Of a stretch of DNA of 64,000 bases, positions 26,041-37,793 are shown in pieces. The notes beneath the pieces were generated by a model. That model was given only the letters and a program-made list of their open reading frames with translations. It ran no database searches and was not told the DNA's origin. Positions within the stretch are counted from its first letter, which is position 1, and each line of letters begins with the position of its first letter. This DNA is from Piromyces finnis finn. Taxonomy: Eukaryota; Fungi; Neocallimastigomycota. The stretch spans positions 1 through 64,000 of the forward strand of contig MCFH01000048.1 in NCBI GenBank assembly GCA_002104945.1, in the 5' to 3' direction. Position numbers and translations under genes: made by a program.

Positions 26041-27285
26041 ATTTAGTAAATAAATAAGATAATTATACTAAATATACTAATTAATAGGAATTATTTAAAT
26101 TTTCGGCTTTCCCACGGGACGACTGAGGTTCTCCACCACTTGATAACGGATTGGTAGTTATATTATAACTTTTTAACTACTTCTTCTGTTATCTTATATT
26201 GTTTTATCTCGACAGCTATTGTACGAGCTTTAACAATATCTACTAGTTTTATTAATTTATTTTAAGTTATTTTATAGTTTTAATAGTTTTATTATTTTAA
26301 TAATATTTATATAGAATAATAACACCAGATTTATTCTATAAAATATTATTTATTATTAACACAATAATTACAAATTAGACAAGTTTAATTTCGTTTTTAT
26401 ATTTTCTTTTATTTATTGTTCTTACGCTCTTTTTAACAATAATTTTTATTATATAAAAACTTATTTTTGTCTTTTAAATATTATTATGTATTCACTAATT
26501 AATTATATTAACTATTATTAAAATTTAACTTATTATTAATAATCTAAGTCTTCTCATTTTCTACTAAAAATTATTATTATTCTTTATATTAAAAATTATT
26601 TTTATAATTTAACCCAATCAAATATATAAATTTATAAAATATTTGATTTTATGTAAATTATATTTTTATAATAAAGTATATAAAATTATTTAATAATTAT
26701 TTTATAATAAAATTTTCTACTAATATCAAATGTATAATATATTTATAATTATTATTTATCAAATAAAATTGTAAAAGGTTTCTTATAATATTAGTTAATA
26801 GGTTATTAATTAGTTAATTAAGTTAGTTATTACCTCTCTATACGAGTTAATAACTAAATAAAGTTTTATAAAAAATAATAAAAGAAAGAAAATAAATATT
26901 ATAACACTAAAATAAATATAAACACTTATATAAATATTTTATGAAATAACTTTTACTTAAATAATTATATTTTAATTATATCTTTTATTTATTAATTATA
27001 ATTATCTACATTAATTATTATTATAGTTATTAATTTACTTTAATACTAACGCTAAAGTATTTAACGTTAGTTTTGACTATACTATTTAACTATATGAGTT
27101 TATTTTCTTTACCACTTGATTGGGTAAAGCAAATAAACTTCCTATTTAATTAATAACCATTAATATATGGTTATGCATATATTTGGCCAATAAATGGTGA
27201 CCAGAATATATGGTTTCAATTGAAATATTTGTGGGCAAACTTATGGCCACAAATATTTCTTACAATGCCCCCCTAAGGAGAAAAC

Positions 27286-30200
27286 CTAGGCAGGGTTTTG
27301 GACACTAACCATGAATTCCTGGTAGCATTTATCTTGAAATTCCTTGAGTAGCTTATCATAGTGGGAGTTCTTGTCAATGATATCAGCATCAACCCACTCT
27401 TGCCTAAAGTCACTAAAGGTAGCTAAGTATTGGTAGTTATCCTTCTTTCTTCTGGCATTCATGATTTTGATAATTTTCTGGTAGCCCACTGGTGCAGGTG
27501 TTAGTTCTTCAGGTTTGTTATGGTAGGGTTCAAGTTCACTGATATGAAACACTGGGTAGACATTGGGGAAAGGTGACTTGCTGATATCCAACCGGTAGTT
27601 AAGCTTGCTTTCATCAATTCCAATAACCTTGAAAGGGCCGTACTTTCTTGCTTGTAGCTTGTAGAAGGGAAGAGGGTTGTAATTTTCTGGTTTTCTTAAC
27701 CACACCAAATCCAGGAGCCTAATTTTAGGGTAGTTAAGTTCTCTTCTATGGTCCAAGTGGTCTAAGAACCGTGTTCTTGATATGTCCAGCATGTGTTTTA
27801 AGTTACCTAAGTTGTGAGCGAAGCTATCTAATATAGGAGCTTCACCAAGTGAGTGGACAAGTTCTGAGTCTTGAAGGTTCATATGTACCTGGTAGTTATA
27901 CAAGGCTAGGAATGGGGACTGCTTAGTAGAACTGTGCACTGCATTATTATAACAGAACTCAGCTAAGTACAAGTACTTCAACCATTCGTCGTCGTCAAAG
28001 GTCTTCACAAAGCATCTAAGGTACATACTTACGTAGGAGTTGTTACGTTCTACCTGACCAACTGTTTCATGATGGCCAGTAGTAGCAAGGTTTACTTCTA
28101 CGCCAAAGAACCCCATAATGTCCTTCCACAACTTACTAGTGAACTGGACACCACGATCCGTAGTAACCGATTTGGGACAACCATATAACTTGAATACATG
28201 TTGTAAGTATGCTAAGGCTGTTTCTTTAGCAGTAGGCATACTCCTAAATCCTACTAAATGTATCATTTTGGTTAACTTATCGCTACAAACCATGATACAA
28301 CCTCTTCTAGTGACTTCTGGGGGTTCTGAGGGACTACTACCTGGTTTTCTACGTTCCTTAATAGGTAGGTCCGTCAGGAAGTCAATTTCTACTTCTTGCC
28401 AAGGTAAGTCTGCAACTTTTACCCTAGCAGCGCTACCGTACGGCTTGTGTCTGTTGTCCTTTTGGGTACAACATATGGTACAAGCTTTAATATATCCCGC
28501 AATGTCATCCTTCATTTTTGGCCAGTAGTAGTTTCTGGCTATCAGGTCATAAGTTTTATCTTTTCCCAGATGACCTGCTGTTTCACTATCGTGGTTAAGT
28601 TTTATGATTGTTTCCCTTAACACCTTTGGTACATATGTACGTTCTGGTGCATCCTTTCTAACAATCAACCCATTAACCATCAACCACTTCTTTTTGATGA
28701 GCTTGTGGCCTCTTTTTGCGTCAAGACCATCTCTAATTTCCCTAGCAAGCTCATCCGTGTTGTAAGCTTGTTTCAGTTCTCCCACAAAGCTTACTTCTAA
28801 CACCGCATAGCACTCTTCTTCCACGGGTGGAAATTCTTTTACCTGTTCAGGTCGAAGGAGGCTAGCTTTTTCCATCTCCAGTTGTACCTGTTCTGGAGAT
28901 ACCATTCTTGATAGGATATCGGCTCTACCATTCATTTTCCCTGGCCGATATATTATTTCGAAGTTGTATGCAGCAAACAGCTCTTGCCATCTTGCCTGTC
29001 TTGCTGTCAACAACTGTGGTTTTGTGGCGAACAGGAGATTCCTATGGTCACTATATACTAGGACCTTATGTTTCGCACCCATTAACAGGTGTCGCCACTC
29101 GATGAAAGCATTCCTAATAGCCAACAACTCCTTTTCCGTGATGGAGTAGTTGATTTCTGCTTTCGTAAGCTTCTTGGAATAGTAATACACAGGGTGTAAT
29201 TCGTTGTCATCGCCTAGTTGTGATAATACACCACCCACTGCGTAGTTACTAGCGTCGCACTCCACTATAAACTGACGGTCATGGTCAGGATATGCTAATA
29301 CTGGTGGAGACAACAGCATTTCTTTTAACTTCTCGAACGCCTGGATGCGTTCTTCATTCCACAGGAACTGTACCTTTTTGGACGTCATAGCATATAACGG
29401 CCTTGCTATCTTAGAGAAGTCCTTTATAAACTTCCTATAATAGTTGCAGAATCCAAGGAATGACTGTAGTTCTTTGAGGTTGGTTGGTTGTGGCCAACTT
29501 GCTACAGCTTTTAACTTCTCTGGGTCGGTTTTAATACCATATTTTCCAACTACATGACCCAGGAATGCAAGTTCTTCCTTGTGGAACTCACACTTCGCTA
29601 ACTTAGCTACTAGACGATTATCTATTAGCTTTTGTAGGACTCTTTTTACATGCCCTACATGCTCTTCAAGTGACTTGGAATAGATGATGATATCATCCAA
29701 GTACACTTGACAGCAGTCGTTGATTTCTTCTGCCAGCACCGTGTTGATGAACCCTTGGAACGTGGCAGGAGCATTAGTCAACCCAAATGGCATCACTAGA
29801 TATTCATAATGCCCAAACTTGGTTGAGAATGCTGTCTTGTATTCATCACCTTCACGAATACGCACGAGGTTGTAAGCAGACTTCAAATCTAACTTGGAGA
29901 AGATAGTCGCGCCTTTCATAGCCTCGAACACTTGACTGATGAGTGGTAAGGGAAAGGAGTTACGCACTGTTACCTTATTAAGACGCCTATAGTCAGTACA
30001 TAATCGTCTTTCACCACTCTTTTTGGGCACGAATAACACAGGATAACCTGCAGGACTTTCTGACTTCCTGATGAAGCCCTTTGCCAGGTTTTCCTCTATA
30101 TATTCCTTCAGTGCTTTTTCCTCTTCTGGATTGAAGGGATATATAGGCCCTTTATGAAGACTAGCATCCGGCTCCAGGTCGATCTTACAGTCGTAAGGAC

Positions 30201-31917
30201 GGTGTTCTGGTAGCTGGTTAGCTATTTCTTCATTAAATGCTTCTTTGAAATTGTGGTAGTACTTCTCCACGATTTCTTCAGGTGTGGGTTGATTTTCGTT
30301 TAAGTTTTCTCCCTGTACCAACCCTACGTAAATGTGATTTTTCTCTAAGTTCGACTCTTGTACCAACCCTACTGAAACACAAGTTTTCTCTAAGTTGGAT
30401 TCAAATGCCAACCCTCCGGAATCACATTTTTTCTCTAAGTCAACACTCTGTACCAACCCTACTGAAACGGGATTTTTCTCTAAGTCAGAACTTCGTGTCA
30501 ACCCTCCGGAACTTCCGTTTCTGGTTTCTTTTGTAGCCTTGTGGCTACCATTACCCACGATTTCGGCTTCAATGTTTTCTGCGGTTACAGTTACCAGAGG
30601 CCTTCTTGCCTTTGCATTAGTAACTGTAGTTATGGGACTTAATTGAGTACAGTAGTAGATATCGCCGCCATTTACACCATAACTGTTGGTGTGTCCTTTA
30701 TCCTTATTATTATCTACTACGAAGTATCTCACTTGTGCATCTTTATCATAACCTCTGTAGATAAAGTGCTCATCCATGAAGCCCAGTCCCACAATGATCA
30801 TCTCCGGCATGTTGTCGGATAGGTGACAACTTGTGTTGAAGCAGTATGGTTTAGCTTCTTGTTCGCCAGATGGAGTTAACCATAACTTCAACTGCAAGTC
30901 ATCTGAGAACTGCTTTAACTCGATATCTCCATTCACAGTTCTGAATATGGCTGGTTTGTCCACTACCTTTAACCCGAGCTTCTTTGCTAAATTTGGGTGG
31001 ATGAGGTTTGTAGTGGAACCAGTATCATACAAGACTTCTACCCTTTTTATGTCTCGAGGGTTGCTTCTTGCATTTATTTCAGCTACTAGTTGGTTCTGAC
31101 TGTAGTAGCTGTTATTGACCGTCGTTTGACTTGCCATAGCCTTAGGTAATGGGTTATTTCCCATACTAGAAGATCCTTGTCTTGGTTGGAAGCTAGAACT
31201 TCTTCTAAAGCTTGACTTATTTAATGATTCACGACGTTCTTTAGTACCGTTATTGTTTTTTGCGTAAGCCTGAGTGTTGATCTGCTCAACTTTAGGCTTA
31301 TTATTTGGCTTGTTGTTCTTCTGCTTTAACTCAGCCCATCTAGATGGTCTACATGGGTCTGTGATGTCCAACAAGGCCATAATAGTGGTCTGGCGGTCTC
31401 TTTTGTCGTACTTTTCTATGGTTTCATTACGGAAGACTGCTTGGTGATCATCGCACTTTAACAAGACTTCACTTAATGTTTCCAGCGTACGTTCCTGTTC
31501 AGGGATATCATAGAACGCTTCCCTGACAGAAGGCCTGACCTGTTGTATTAACACCTGTCTCCTAACATTTTCAGGGAGCCCAAGTGTTTCCGTCAATTCA
31601 TTAAACTCTTCCAAGTAATCGTATGCTTTTCCCCACTCATGTGTGAGCTTAAGCAACTTTGACTTGCAGAGTTCATGGGGAGACTCTGGTGGGAACTTAT
31701 CTTGAAGGTGGAGGAATAGTCTTTCAGCATCAGGATTCCTACGCTGCAACATCCTCTCTCTAAGTCTATACCATCTCAATACTTTCCCACCTAGATGATC
31801 TTCAATGAAGCTAACCTTTGCCTTTTCGTCGTTACCATAGTCATATGGGTAACGTTTGAAATGACGTAAGCACTTCTCTTGAAAACCCTCTAAGTCTATC
31901 CCATTATTATCAAACAT
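27286..31917 (-). CDS. pol: Gag-Pol: capsid, protease, RT, RNase H, integrase, degenerate chromodomain
   Basis: YDTGST, LCTDYRRLN, YLDDII, ECDASNY, HHCC zinc finger, D-D-E, GPF..PVFHISEL and C-terminal YQYLATF..EWV. Confidence 0.95.
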   Translation of the reverse strand: MFDNNGIDLEGFQEKCLRHFKRYPYDYGNDEKAKVSFIEDHLGGKVLRWYRLRERMLQRRNPDAERLFLHLQDKFPPESPHELCKSKLLKLTHEWGKAYDYLEEFNELTETLGLPENVRRQVLIQQVRPSVREAFYDIPEQERTLETLSEVLLKCDDHQAVFRNETIEKYDKRDRQTTIMALLDITDPCRPSRWAELKQKNNKPNNKPKVEQINTQAYAKNNNGTKERRESLNKSSFRRSSSFQPRQGSSSMGNNPLPKAMASQTTVNNSYYSQNQLVAEINARSNPRDIKRVEVLYDTGSTTNLIHPNLAKKLGLKVVDKPAIFRTVNGDIELKQFSDDLQLKLWLTPSGEQEAKPYCFNTSCHLSDNMPEMIIVGLGFMDEHFIYRGYDKDAQVRYFVVDNNKDKGHTNSYGVNGGDIYYCTQLSPITTVTNAKARRPLVTVTAENIEAEIVGNGSHKATKETRNGSSGGLTRSSDLEKNPVSVGLVQSVDLEKKCDSGGLAFESNLEKTCVSVGLVQESNLEKNHIYVGLVQGENLNENQPTPEEIVEKYYHNFKEAFNEEIANQLPEHRPYDCKIDLEPDASLHKGPIYPFNPEEEKALKEYIEENLAKGFIRKSESPAGYPVLFVPKKSGERRLCTDYRRLNKVTVRNSFPLPLISQVFEAMKGATIFSKLDLKSAYNLVRIREGDEYKTAFSTKFGHYEYLVMPFGLTNAPATFQGFINTVLAEEINDCCQVYLDDIIIYSKSLEEHVGHVKRVLQKLIDNRLVAKLAKCEFHKEELAFLGHVVGKYGIKTDPEKLKAVASWPQPTNLKELQSFLGFCNYYRKFIKDFSKIARPLYAMTSKKVQFLWNEERIQAFEKLKEMLLSPPVLAYPDHDRQFIVECDASNYAVGGVLSQLGDDNELHPVYYYSKKLTKAEINYSITEKELLAIRNAFIEWRHLLMGAKHKVLVYSDHRNLLFATKPQLLTARQARWQELFAAYNFEIIYRPGKMNGRADILSRMVSPEQVQLEMEKASLLRPEQVKEFPPVEEECYAVLEVSFVGELKQAYNTDELAREIRDGLDAKRGHKLIKKKWLMVNGLIVRKDAPERTYVPKVLRETIIKLNHDSETAGHLGKDKTYDLIARNYYWPKMKDDIAGYIKACTICCTQKDNRHKPYGSAARVKVADLPWQEVEIDFLTDLPIKERRKPGSSPSEPPEVTRRGCIMVCSDKLTKMIHLVGFRSMPTAKETALAYLQHVFKLYGCPKSVTTDRGVQFTSKLWKDIMGFFGVEVNLATTGHHETVGQVERNNSYVSMYLRCFVKTFDDDEWLKYLYLAEFCYNNAVHSSTKQSPFLALYNYQVHMNLQDSELVHSLGEAPILDSFAHNLGNLKHMLDISRTRFLDHLDHRRELNYPKIRLLDLVWLRKPENYNPLPFYKLQARKYGPFKVIGIDESKLNYRLDISKSPFPNVYPVFHISELEPYHNKPEELTPAPVGYQKIIKIMNARRKKDNYQYLATFSDFRQEWVDADIIDKNSHYDKLLKEFQDKCYQEFMVSVQNPA

Positions 31918-31947
31918 AGGTACTTTTTCTTCATACCTATGTACTCG

Positions 31948-32673
31948 TCAGTCGAACATCTTCACGTCCCCATCCTCGGAATATTCCGTAGGGTTGGTGC
32001 TGCTACTAGTTCCAGCACCATGAGGATTACCCATACCACCGGTTTGATAGGATGTTCTTTCATGAGCTCTGGCTTCAGCTCTTCTGTTCATGGCTTCGAC
32101 TTTAGCCTCGAACAATTTTTCTCTTTCTTCTAGAGCGTTTCGTTGCTCCCTCAATCTGGCCATCTCTTCTTCAAGTTCTTTTTTATAAGAGACAAAGGCA
32201 CTAGATTGGCGGTACAACGTTTCTTGGTTGTTTAGCACTTGCTGGTGGTCTTGTAACCTTTCCTCATGTTCTGCAGTAAAGGCATTTTCCACAGCATGCA
32301 GCTCTTCCAAGCTAACTTGGCTAGCTGACTCATTTGCTTCCAACCTTTGATCCACTTCAACAAATTTTTGCTGAAGAGCATCGTTTATCTCGCTCTTGTA
32401 AACCTCAATACCCCGAAGTTGTTCTTCCATAGCACCCAGACGGTTTCCCATACTAGCAAACTGGCTAGATATTTCCGAAACCCATCTATTAAGAAGAACT
32501 TCAATGTGTTGCATTGGGTTTACCTCACTATTATTAGTAAAAAAGAAAGAAGGATCAACAGGGGCGGGCATAGAATCCCCCTGTTGAACCTGTAAATTCT
32601 GATTAGATTCGACCTCAGTGCTTTCGAGAAGCACCGGGGTTCGAACCCGTGACATTCCCTCTACACCATCCAT
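31948..32673 (-). CDS. Upstream ORF, probably the N-terminal part of Gag (coiled-coil rich), in frame with the downstream ORF
   Basis: The first true ATG is at 32673; the longer start in the ORF track comes from an inserted LTR. A single TGA at 31948-31950 is followed by 10 sense codons in frame with ATG 31917. Confidence 0.7.
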   Translation of the reverse strand: MDGVEGMSRVRTPVLLESTEVESNQNLQVQQGDSMPAPVDPSFFFTNNSEVNPMQHIEVLLNRWVSEISSQFASMGNRLGAMEEQLRGIEVYKSEINDALQQKFVEVDQRLEANESASQVSLEELHAVENAFTAEHEERLQDHQQVLNNQETLYRQSSAFVSYKKELEEEMARLREQRNALEEREKLFEAKVEAMNRRAEARAHERTSYQTGGMGNPHGAGTSSSTNPTEYSEDGDVKMFD

Positions 32674-32719
32674 GCCATCCGCGCTCGCCGCGTCAGGACG
32701 GGTCCCGTCCCTTACGAAT

Positions 32720-33505
32720 TGATAAATAATGAAATTAATAAATATAAAATTATTATTAAACCTGATTTTCAAATTAACCCTAAAAGTAACTTTAAATAAG
32801 TTATGGTTTAATTAAGTACTTTACCAAAATTCTTAAATAAAATTAATCCTAAACACTGCATATGTTTTGATTATTGAAAGAAAATAATAAACTTTAATTA
32901 ATCGAGATCAAAATATATAACTTTTGTTAAATTAATTGTTAAATTAAATAATTAATAACTTCGTTAGTAAATTACACTTTAAAAGTAAACAAATATAATA
33001 ATTCATGTTATAAAATAATTAAACACCTTTATTAAAACATTAAAAATAATTATTACTTTAATTAATTGTAAAATAAACAACTTTTTATATTCTTTAACTT
33101 TTAATTATTTCTTTTATTGTTATTTCTAATTACTTTTATTACTTTTATTGTAAATAGTTATTAATTTTATTATTTTAATGTAAATAGTTTAAATTTAAAA
33201 GAAAATATAAATACATGTAAATATTCTTATTTTAATCATTATTATTATTATTAATAAAGAAATATTATAATTTTAATAATCACTTTTATAATTAATTAAA
33301 TAAAATTTTAAATATTTAAATATTAGAAAAACGAGTGTTTCTAATAAAACAATTTAGTGTTTTTAATAAAACAATTTTATTAATCTTTATAAAAACAATT
33401 TCAAATTCTAATCCATATAACTTATATAGTTATAACTCAAGATATAATATAATAATCACTTTTTGAAGTAAAATTCAAAATTAAGATTATTATCAAATTA
33501 TATCA
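32720..33505. mobile_element. Inverted solo F LTR nested in the leader of element A
   Basis: Reverse complement of family F, with 4-bp TSD GAAT at 32716-32719 and 33506-33509. Confidence 0.9.
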
Positions 33506-34380
33506 GAATGATGTTTTTGTGTCCAATTTATGGACACCCCGAGGGTTAGGGGACTTACCTGTGTTTTTCATTTCTAGCTCGAAAATAAATTCTTTCAATA
33601 AATTAAAGAATTTATTATATAAAATATGGTTATAATGAATTTTAAAATTTAAAAATAATGAATTTTCTATTGCTAAACTATTAAGAAATAATTATTTTTA
33701 ATAATAAATTTACTTCTTTTAAATATAATATTTGAATATTATATAAAATATTGTAAATAATTATTATTAAACAATAATTTAAATAAAATAAAATATGTTT
33801 TTTAAGAACTTTTAATAACACTAACCTAATTAAAACTAAGCTAACGTAAGAACTAACTATAAAGCGTTAGTATTGTAAAAGGTTTCTTATAATATTAGTT
33901 AATAGGTTATTAATTAGTTAATTAAGTTAGTTATTACCTCTCTATACGAGTTAATAACTAAATAAAGTTTTATAAAAAATAATAAAAGAAAGAAAATAAA
34001 TATTATAACACTAAAATAAATATAAACACTTATATAAATATTTTATGAAATAACTTTTACTTAAATAATTATATTTTAATTATATCTTTTATTTATTAAT
34101 TATAATTATCTACATTAATTATTATTATAGTTATTAATTTACTTTAATACTAACGCTAAAGTATTTAACGTTAGTTTTGACTATACTATTTAACTATATG
34201 AGTTTATTTTCTTTACCACTTGATTGGGTAAAGCAAATAAACTTCCTATTTAATTAATAACCATTAATATATGGTTATGCATATATTTGGCCAATAAATG
34301 GTGACCAGAATATATGGTTTCAATTGAAATATTTGTGGGCAAACTTATGGCCACAAATATTTCTTACAAAAATTATAGAA

Positions 34381-34454
34381 GCTCGCGTAGCCTAATTGGA
34401 TAGGGCATCAGACTTCTAATCTGAAGATTGCGGGTTCGAGTCCCGCCGTGAGTG
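34381..34454 (+). tRNA. tRNA-Arg (TCT)
   Basis: Acceptor GCTCGCG/CGTGAGT, anticodon arm TCAGA-CTTCTAA-TCTGA, GCGGG-TTCGAGT-CCCGC, followed by a T run. Confidence 0.96.
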
Positions 34455-34467
34455 TTTTTAATATTTT

Positions 34468-34899
34468 GTCAAAATTTCATTATGATAAACAAAAATTGTT
34501 TATATTTTATATTATTTTAATTATTTACTATTTTAATATAATATTAGATTTATTAAAGTAATAATTATTTTTAATGTTTTAATGAAAGTGTTTAATTATA
34601 TTATTTTATAACATGAATTATTATATTTGTTTACTTTTAAAGTGTAATTTACTAACGAAGTTATTAAATATTTAATTTAACAATTAATTTAACAAAAGTT
34701 ATATATTTTGATCTCGATTAATTAAAGTTTATTATTTTCTTTCAATAATTAAAATATATGCAGTGTTTAGGATTAATTTTATTTTAGAATTTTGGTACAG
34801 TAATTAATTAAACTATAACTTATTTTAAGTTACTTTTAGGGTTAACTTAAAAATCCGGTTTAATAATAATTTTATATTTATTAATTTCATTATTTATCA
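34468..34899. mobile_element. Degenerate partial family F LTR
   Basis: The 3' half matches family F and ends ATTTATCA. Confidence 0.65.
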
Positions 34900-34902
34900 A
34901 AA

Positions 34903-35017
34903 TGATACGTTATTATATAAAATATCATAATATTATTATTATTTTAAGGTTGTGATAATAAGGAATTATGCTGAAATAATATATTTCAGTTATTAATAAT
35001 TATGAGATTTATTTATT

Positions 35018-35049
<32 letters not shown>

Positions 35050-35453
35050 CACATTATTATATAAACAAAAGAATAATTTTATTATTATTAAATATTTATC
35101 TTTATTTATTATAATATATAATATATTATATTATTTGTACATTTATTTATTAATAATACATATTTAAACAATTATCTTTCTTATACAAATATACTATTTA
35201 TTCACTTATTAATATTACTAAATTATTACTAAATTCCTACCACTTATTTTATTATATTTTATTATCGGAACTTAATTATAAAATCAAGAACCCTTTTTTA
35301 AAATTATTTAATTCTCAATTATATTTATATTAGTATATATTAATTAAATTTAACAGTAATTAAAATTATTATTAATCAATTATCATCTTAACCCTTATGT
35401 AAATGGACCTGGAGTTTATGCTAAAAGTAGTATTTTTTATTTGTCACGTATCA
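34903..35453. mobile_element. Solo LTR-like unit J
   Basis: Inverted termini TGATACG...CGTATCA, flanked by short A runs. Confidence 0.65.
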
Positions 35454-35457
35454 AAAA

Positions 35458-37033
35458 TGATGCGTTGACCGATATATTTTTGAATAATATAATGTTTTTA
35501 ATAAATAATAAATTCTATATTATTATGATGAAACAATAAATTTAAAATAAAATAAAAATATGATTTATAATTAACAAATAAATCACTCAAAACTCGAAAA
35601 CAAACTCTTATTATATTTTAAATTAAATCTTTATTATATTTTATAATTTATTTATTATCTATTTATTTTCTTTTTATTCTCTATTTATTGACCCCTTTTT
35701 ATGAAGAAGAATTTTATCTTCCTTTTATACATTTTCATTTATTACATGTATTATTATTTTAACTATTAAATATTATTATTACTATTGTTATTATTTATTA
35801 AAATTAAAAGAATAAATTAAAATTATGTTTTAGTATTATAAAATATTAAAGAATATTACTTATTTGATTTACTTATTACTTCAAAATGTTTAAATTTAGA
35901 AAAATTATTATAAACTATCATTGACTATCATTAAATGTATAATACCTTGAATAAAATAATTAAAATTTAAAATTAAAATAATATTAAAATAAAAATAAAA
36001 TTAAAATAAAATTAAAACAAAATTAAAATATTAAAAGTATCAATTATTATAAACACTCATTTTATACAGAAACATAAAAGAGTTCTGTATTTTATCTTTA
36101 GAATTGTTATTATTGTTCTATTTCCAGGTTTTAAGTTTATCATTTTAGTAATAATTTCTCAATTAGTTATTTATTAATTTATAAGTTTAAAGGAATTTCT
36201 AAAGAACACTTGGACAAAACACTAGAATTAATAATTTGATGTATACCATTTTATTTTTAGTTTGTTTATTCATTTTTATTTATTTATTTATTATTATTTT
36301 ATTTTTTATTATTTTAATACATTATTGGATTAAGTCGTTTTATTTTATTTAATAATTTATTTTATTATTATCACTATTAGGACATTTTTACTCAGTAATA
36401 AAGAGAATATTATTTATTTAAGAAAGGGTTATATTTTCATAAAATTATTATTCATTCATTTTTAAGAGTTATTATCATTTATTTTTATTATAAGTTACGT
36501 AGTATTTAATAATACCATAAATTTAATTATTTATTTTGTTTCCAGGAATTGAACAAAAGGGAATTATACAAAATAATATATTCTAATAAAAGAATGAAAA
36601 AGAATTTGTATATTTATTTATCTTATAACTAATAATTATATTTTAGTGTTATTAATTACTTTGTTATATTATAATTTATTATTTTCAACAATTTATACAC
36701 CAAGTATTTGAATATAAAAAAAGGAAATAAACATAAAAATCTTATTTATAACTTTCTCTTTTATTTTATTAATAAAAATAATTTTAAATACATTTATATA
36801 TTTAATATAAAAATATTTAAGTTAAAATAACTATGAAAATTCTCAATAATTAATTATATTTTATAAAAGAACTTTCTCTTTTAAATAAAAGTTAATCTTT
36901 GTTACTTTTATATGAAATTTTTATAGTATTTTATTGGTTAGTTAATAACTGATTAAGCTATTAAATAATTGCTAACCCTTAATTCAACTATATAAGTTTA
37001 ATATTTTTAACTATATAATTTTATCATGTACCA
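35458..37033. mobile_element. Family G LTR plus an unresolved extension
   Basis: 35458-36477 matches 2898-3870. The unit ends GTACCA before an AAAA spacer. Confidence 0.55.
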
Positions 37034-37037
37034 AAAA

Positions 37038-37789
37038 TGATGCAATATATTTCAAAGACACCATAAATAAAATATAATTGTGAACGTTAGCAATAGGGAA
37101 TGATAGTTGAATAATATATTAGATAATATTGTATTTATTTCTATTTTATAATAATAAAAATAAATAATAAAAATAAATAGTAAAAATAATAAATTTTATA
37201 ATAATATAATTAAATAGATTTTGGTTGAAAGTTTCTTTATTTAATTAATATTATTATGATTATAACATTAATAACATTCAATACTAGTAGAATCGAAAGT
37301 TATTGTTTAATAAATATAAATAGTTAAATATAAAATGTAAATATAAAAATATGTCGATAAAATTACTATTAATAATAAAATATAACTTTTCTGAAATAAC
37401 ATAAATAAACAATAAATATTCATATATAATTAATATTTTAAATTGAATTAAATATAATAAATACTAAATACGCAATTATTAACCTAAAACCAACCTAAAC
37501 TAGAACTATTAAAATAAAATAAAACTTATACTTAAAACTAAAATATCAAATATTATTTTACAAATAAAAAGTTCTCTCTCTTAATATCTTGTTCTTTATC
37601 ACTGTTTTTATATCTTTTCCTTTCTTGTGTAACTAATTATTCTAATATATGTAACTTTTGCGTCATAATAATTTATATACTAATATAGTTTAATTATTAT
37701 CATTAGTAATTAGTATACAATTTATAAAAGGATTAGATATTATTCGTAAAATATTTAAAATATTATATTTTTCTATACATCTTGTATCA
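37038..37789. mobile_element. Solo LTR, family H
   Basis: Homologous to 20625-21404, with AAAA on both sides. Confidence 0.88.
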
Positions 37790-37793
37790 AAAA

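Larger units (their letters stand above)
22224..26761 (-). mobile_element. Non-autonomous LTR retrotransposon, family I (Gag + protease only)
   Basis: 621-bp LTRs 22224-22844 and 26141-26761 (one mismatch seen), TSD AATA, PBS TGGTGGAGAACC (26127-26138), PPT TTAGGGGAGGAAATCT. No RT, RNase H or integrase motifs. Confidence 0.92.
26770..34368 (-). mobile_element. Full-length Ty3/Gypsy (chromovirus-like, self-priming), family A
   Basis: 495-bp LTRs 26770-27264 and 33874-34368, TSD AAAAT, PPT TTAGGGGGGCAT. PBS ATACTAACGCT is complementary to its own LTR. Confidence 0.97.

Noticed and set aside
26127-26138. Family I primed by the tRNA-Trp encoded in this window
   Set aside because: Only 9 nt match (TGGTGGAGA). 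The related element 2 PBS fits a tRNA-Ala-type 3' end over about 17 nt.
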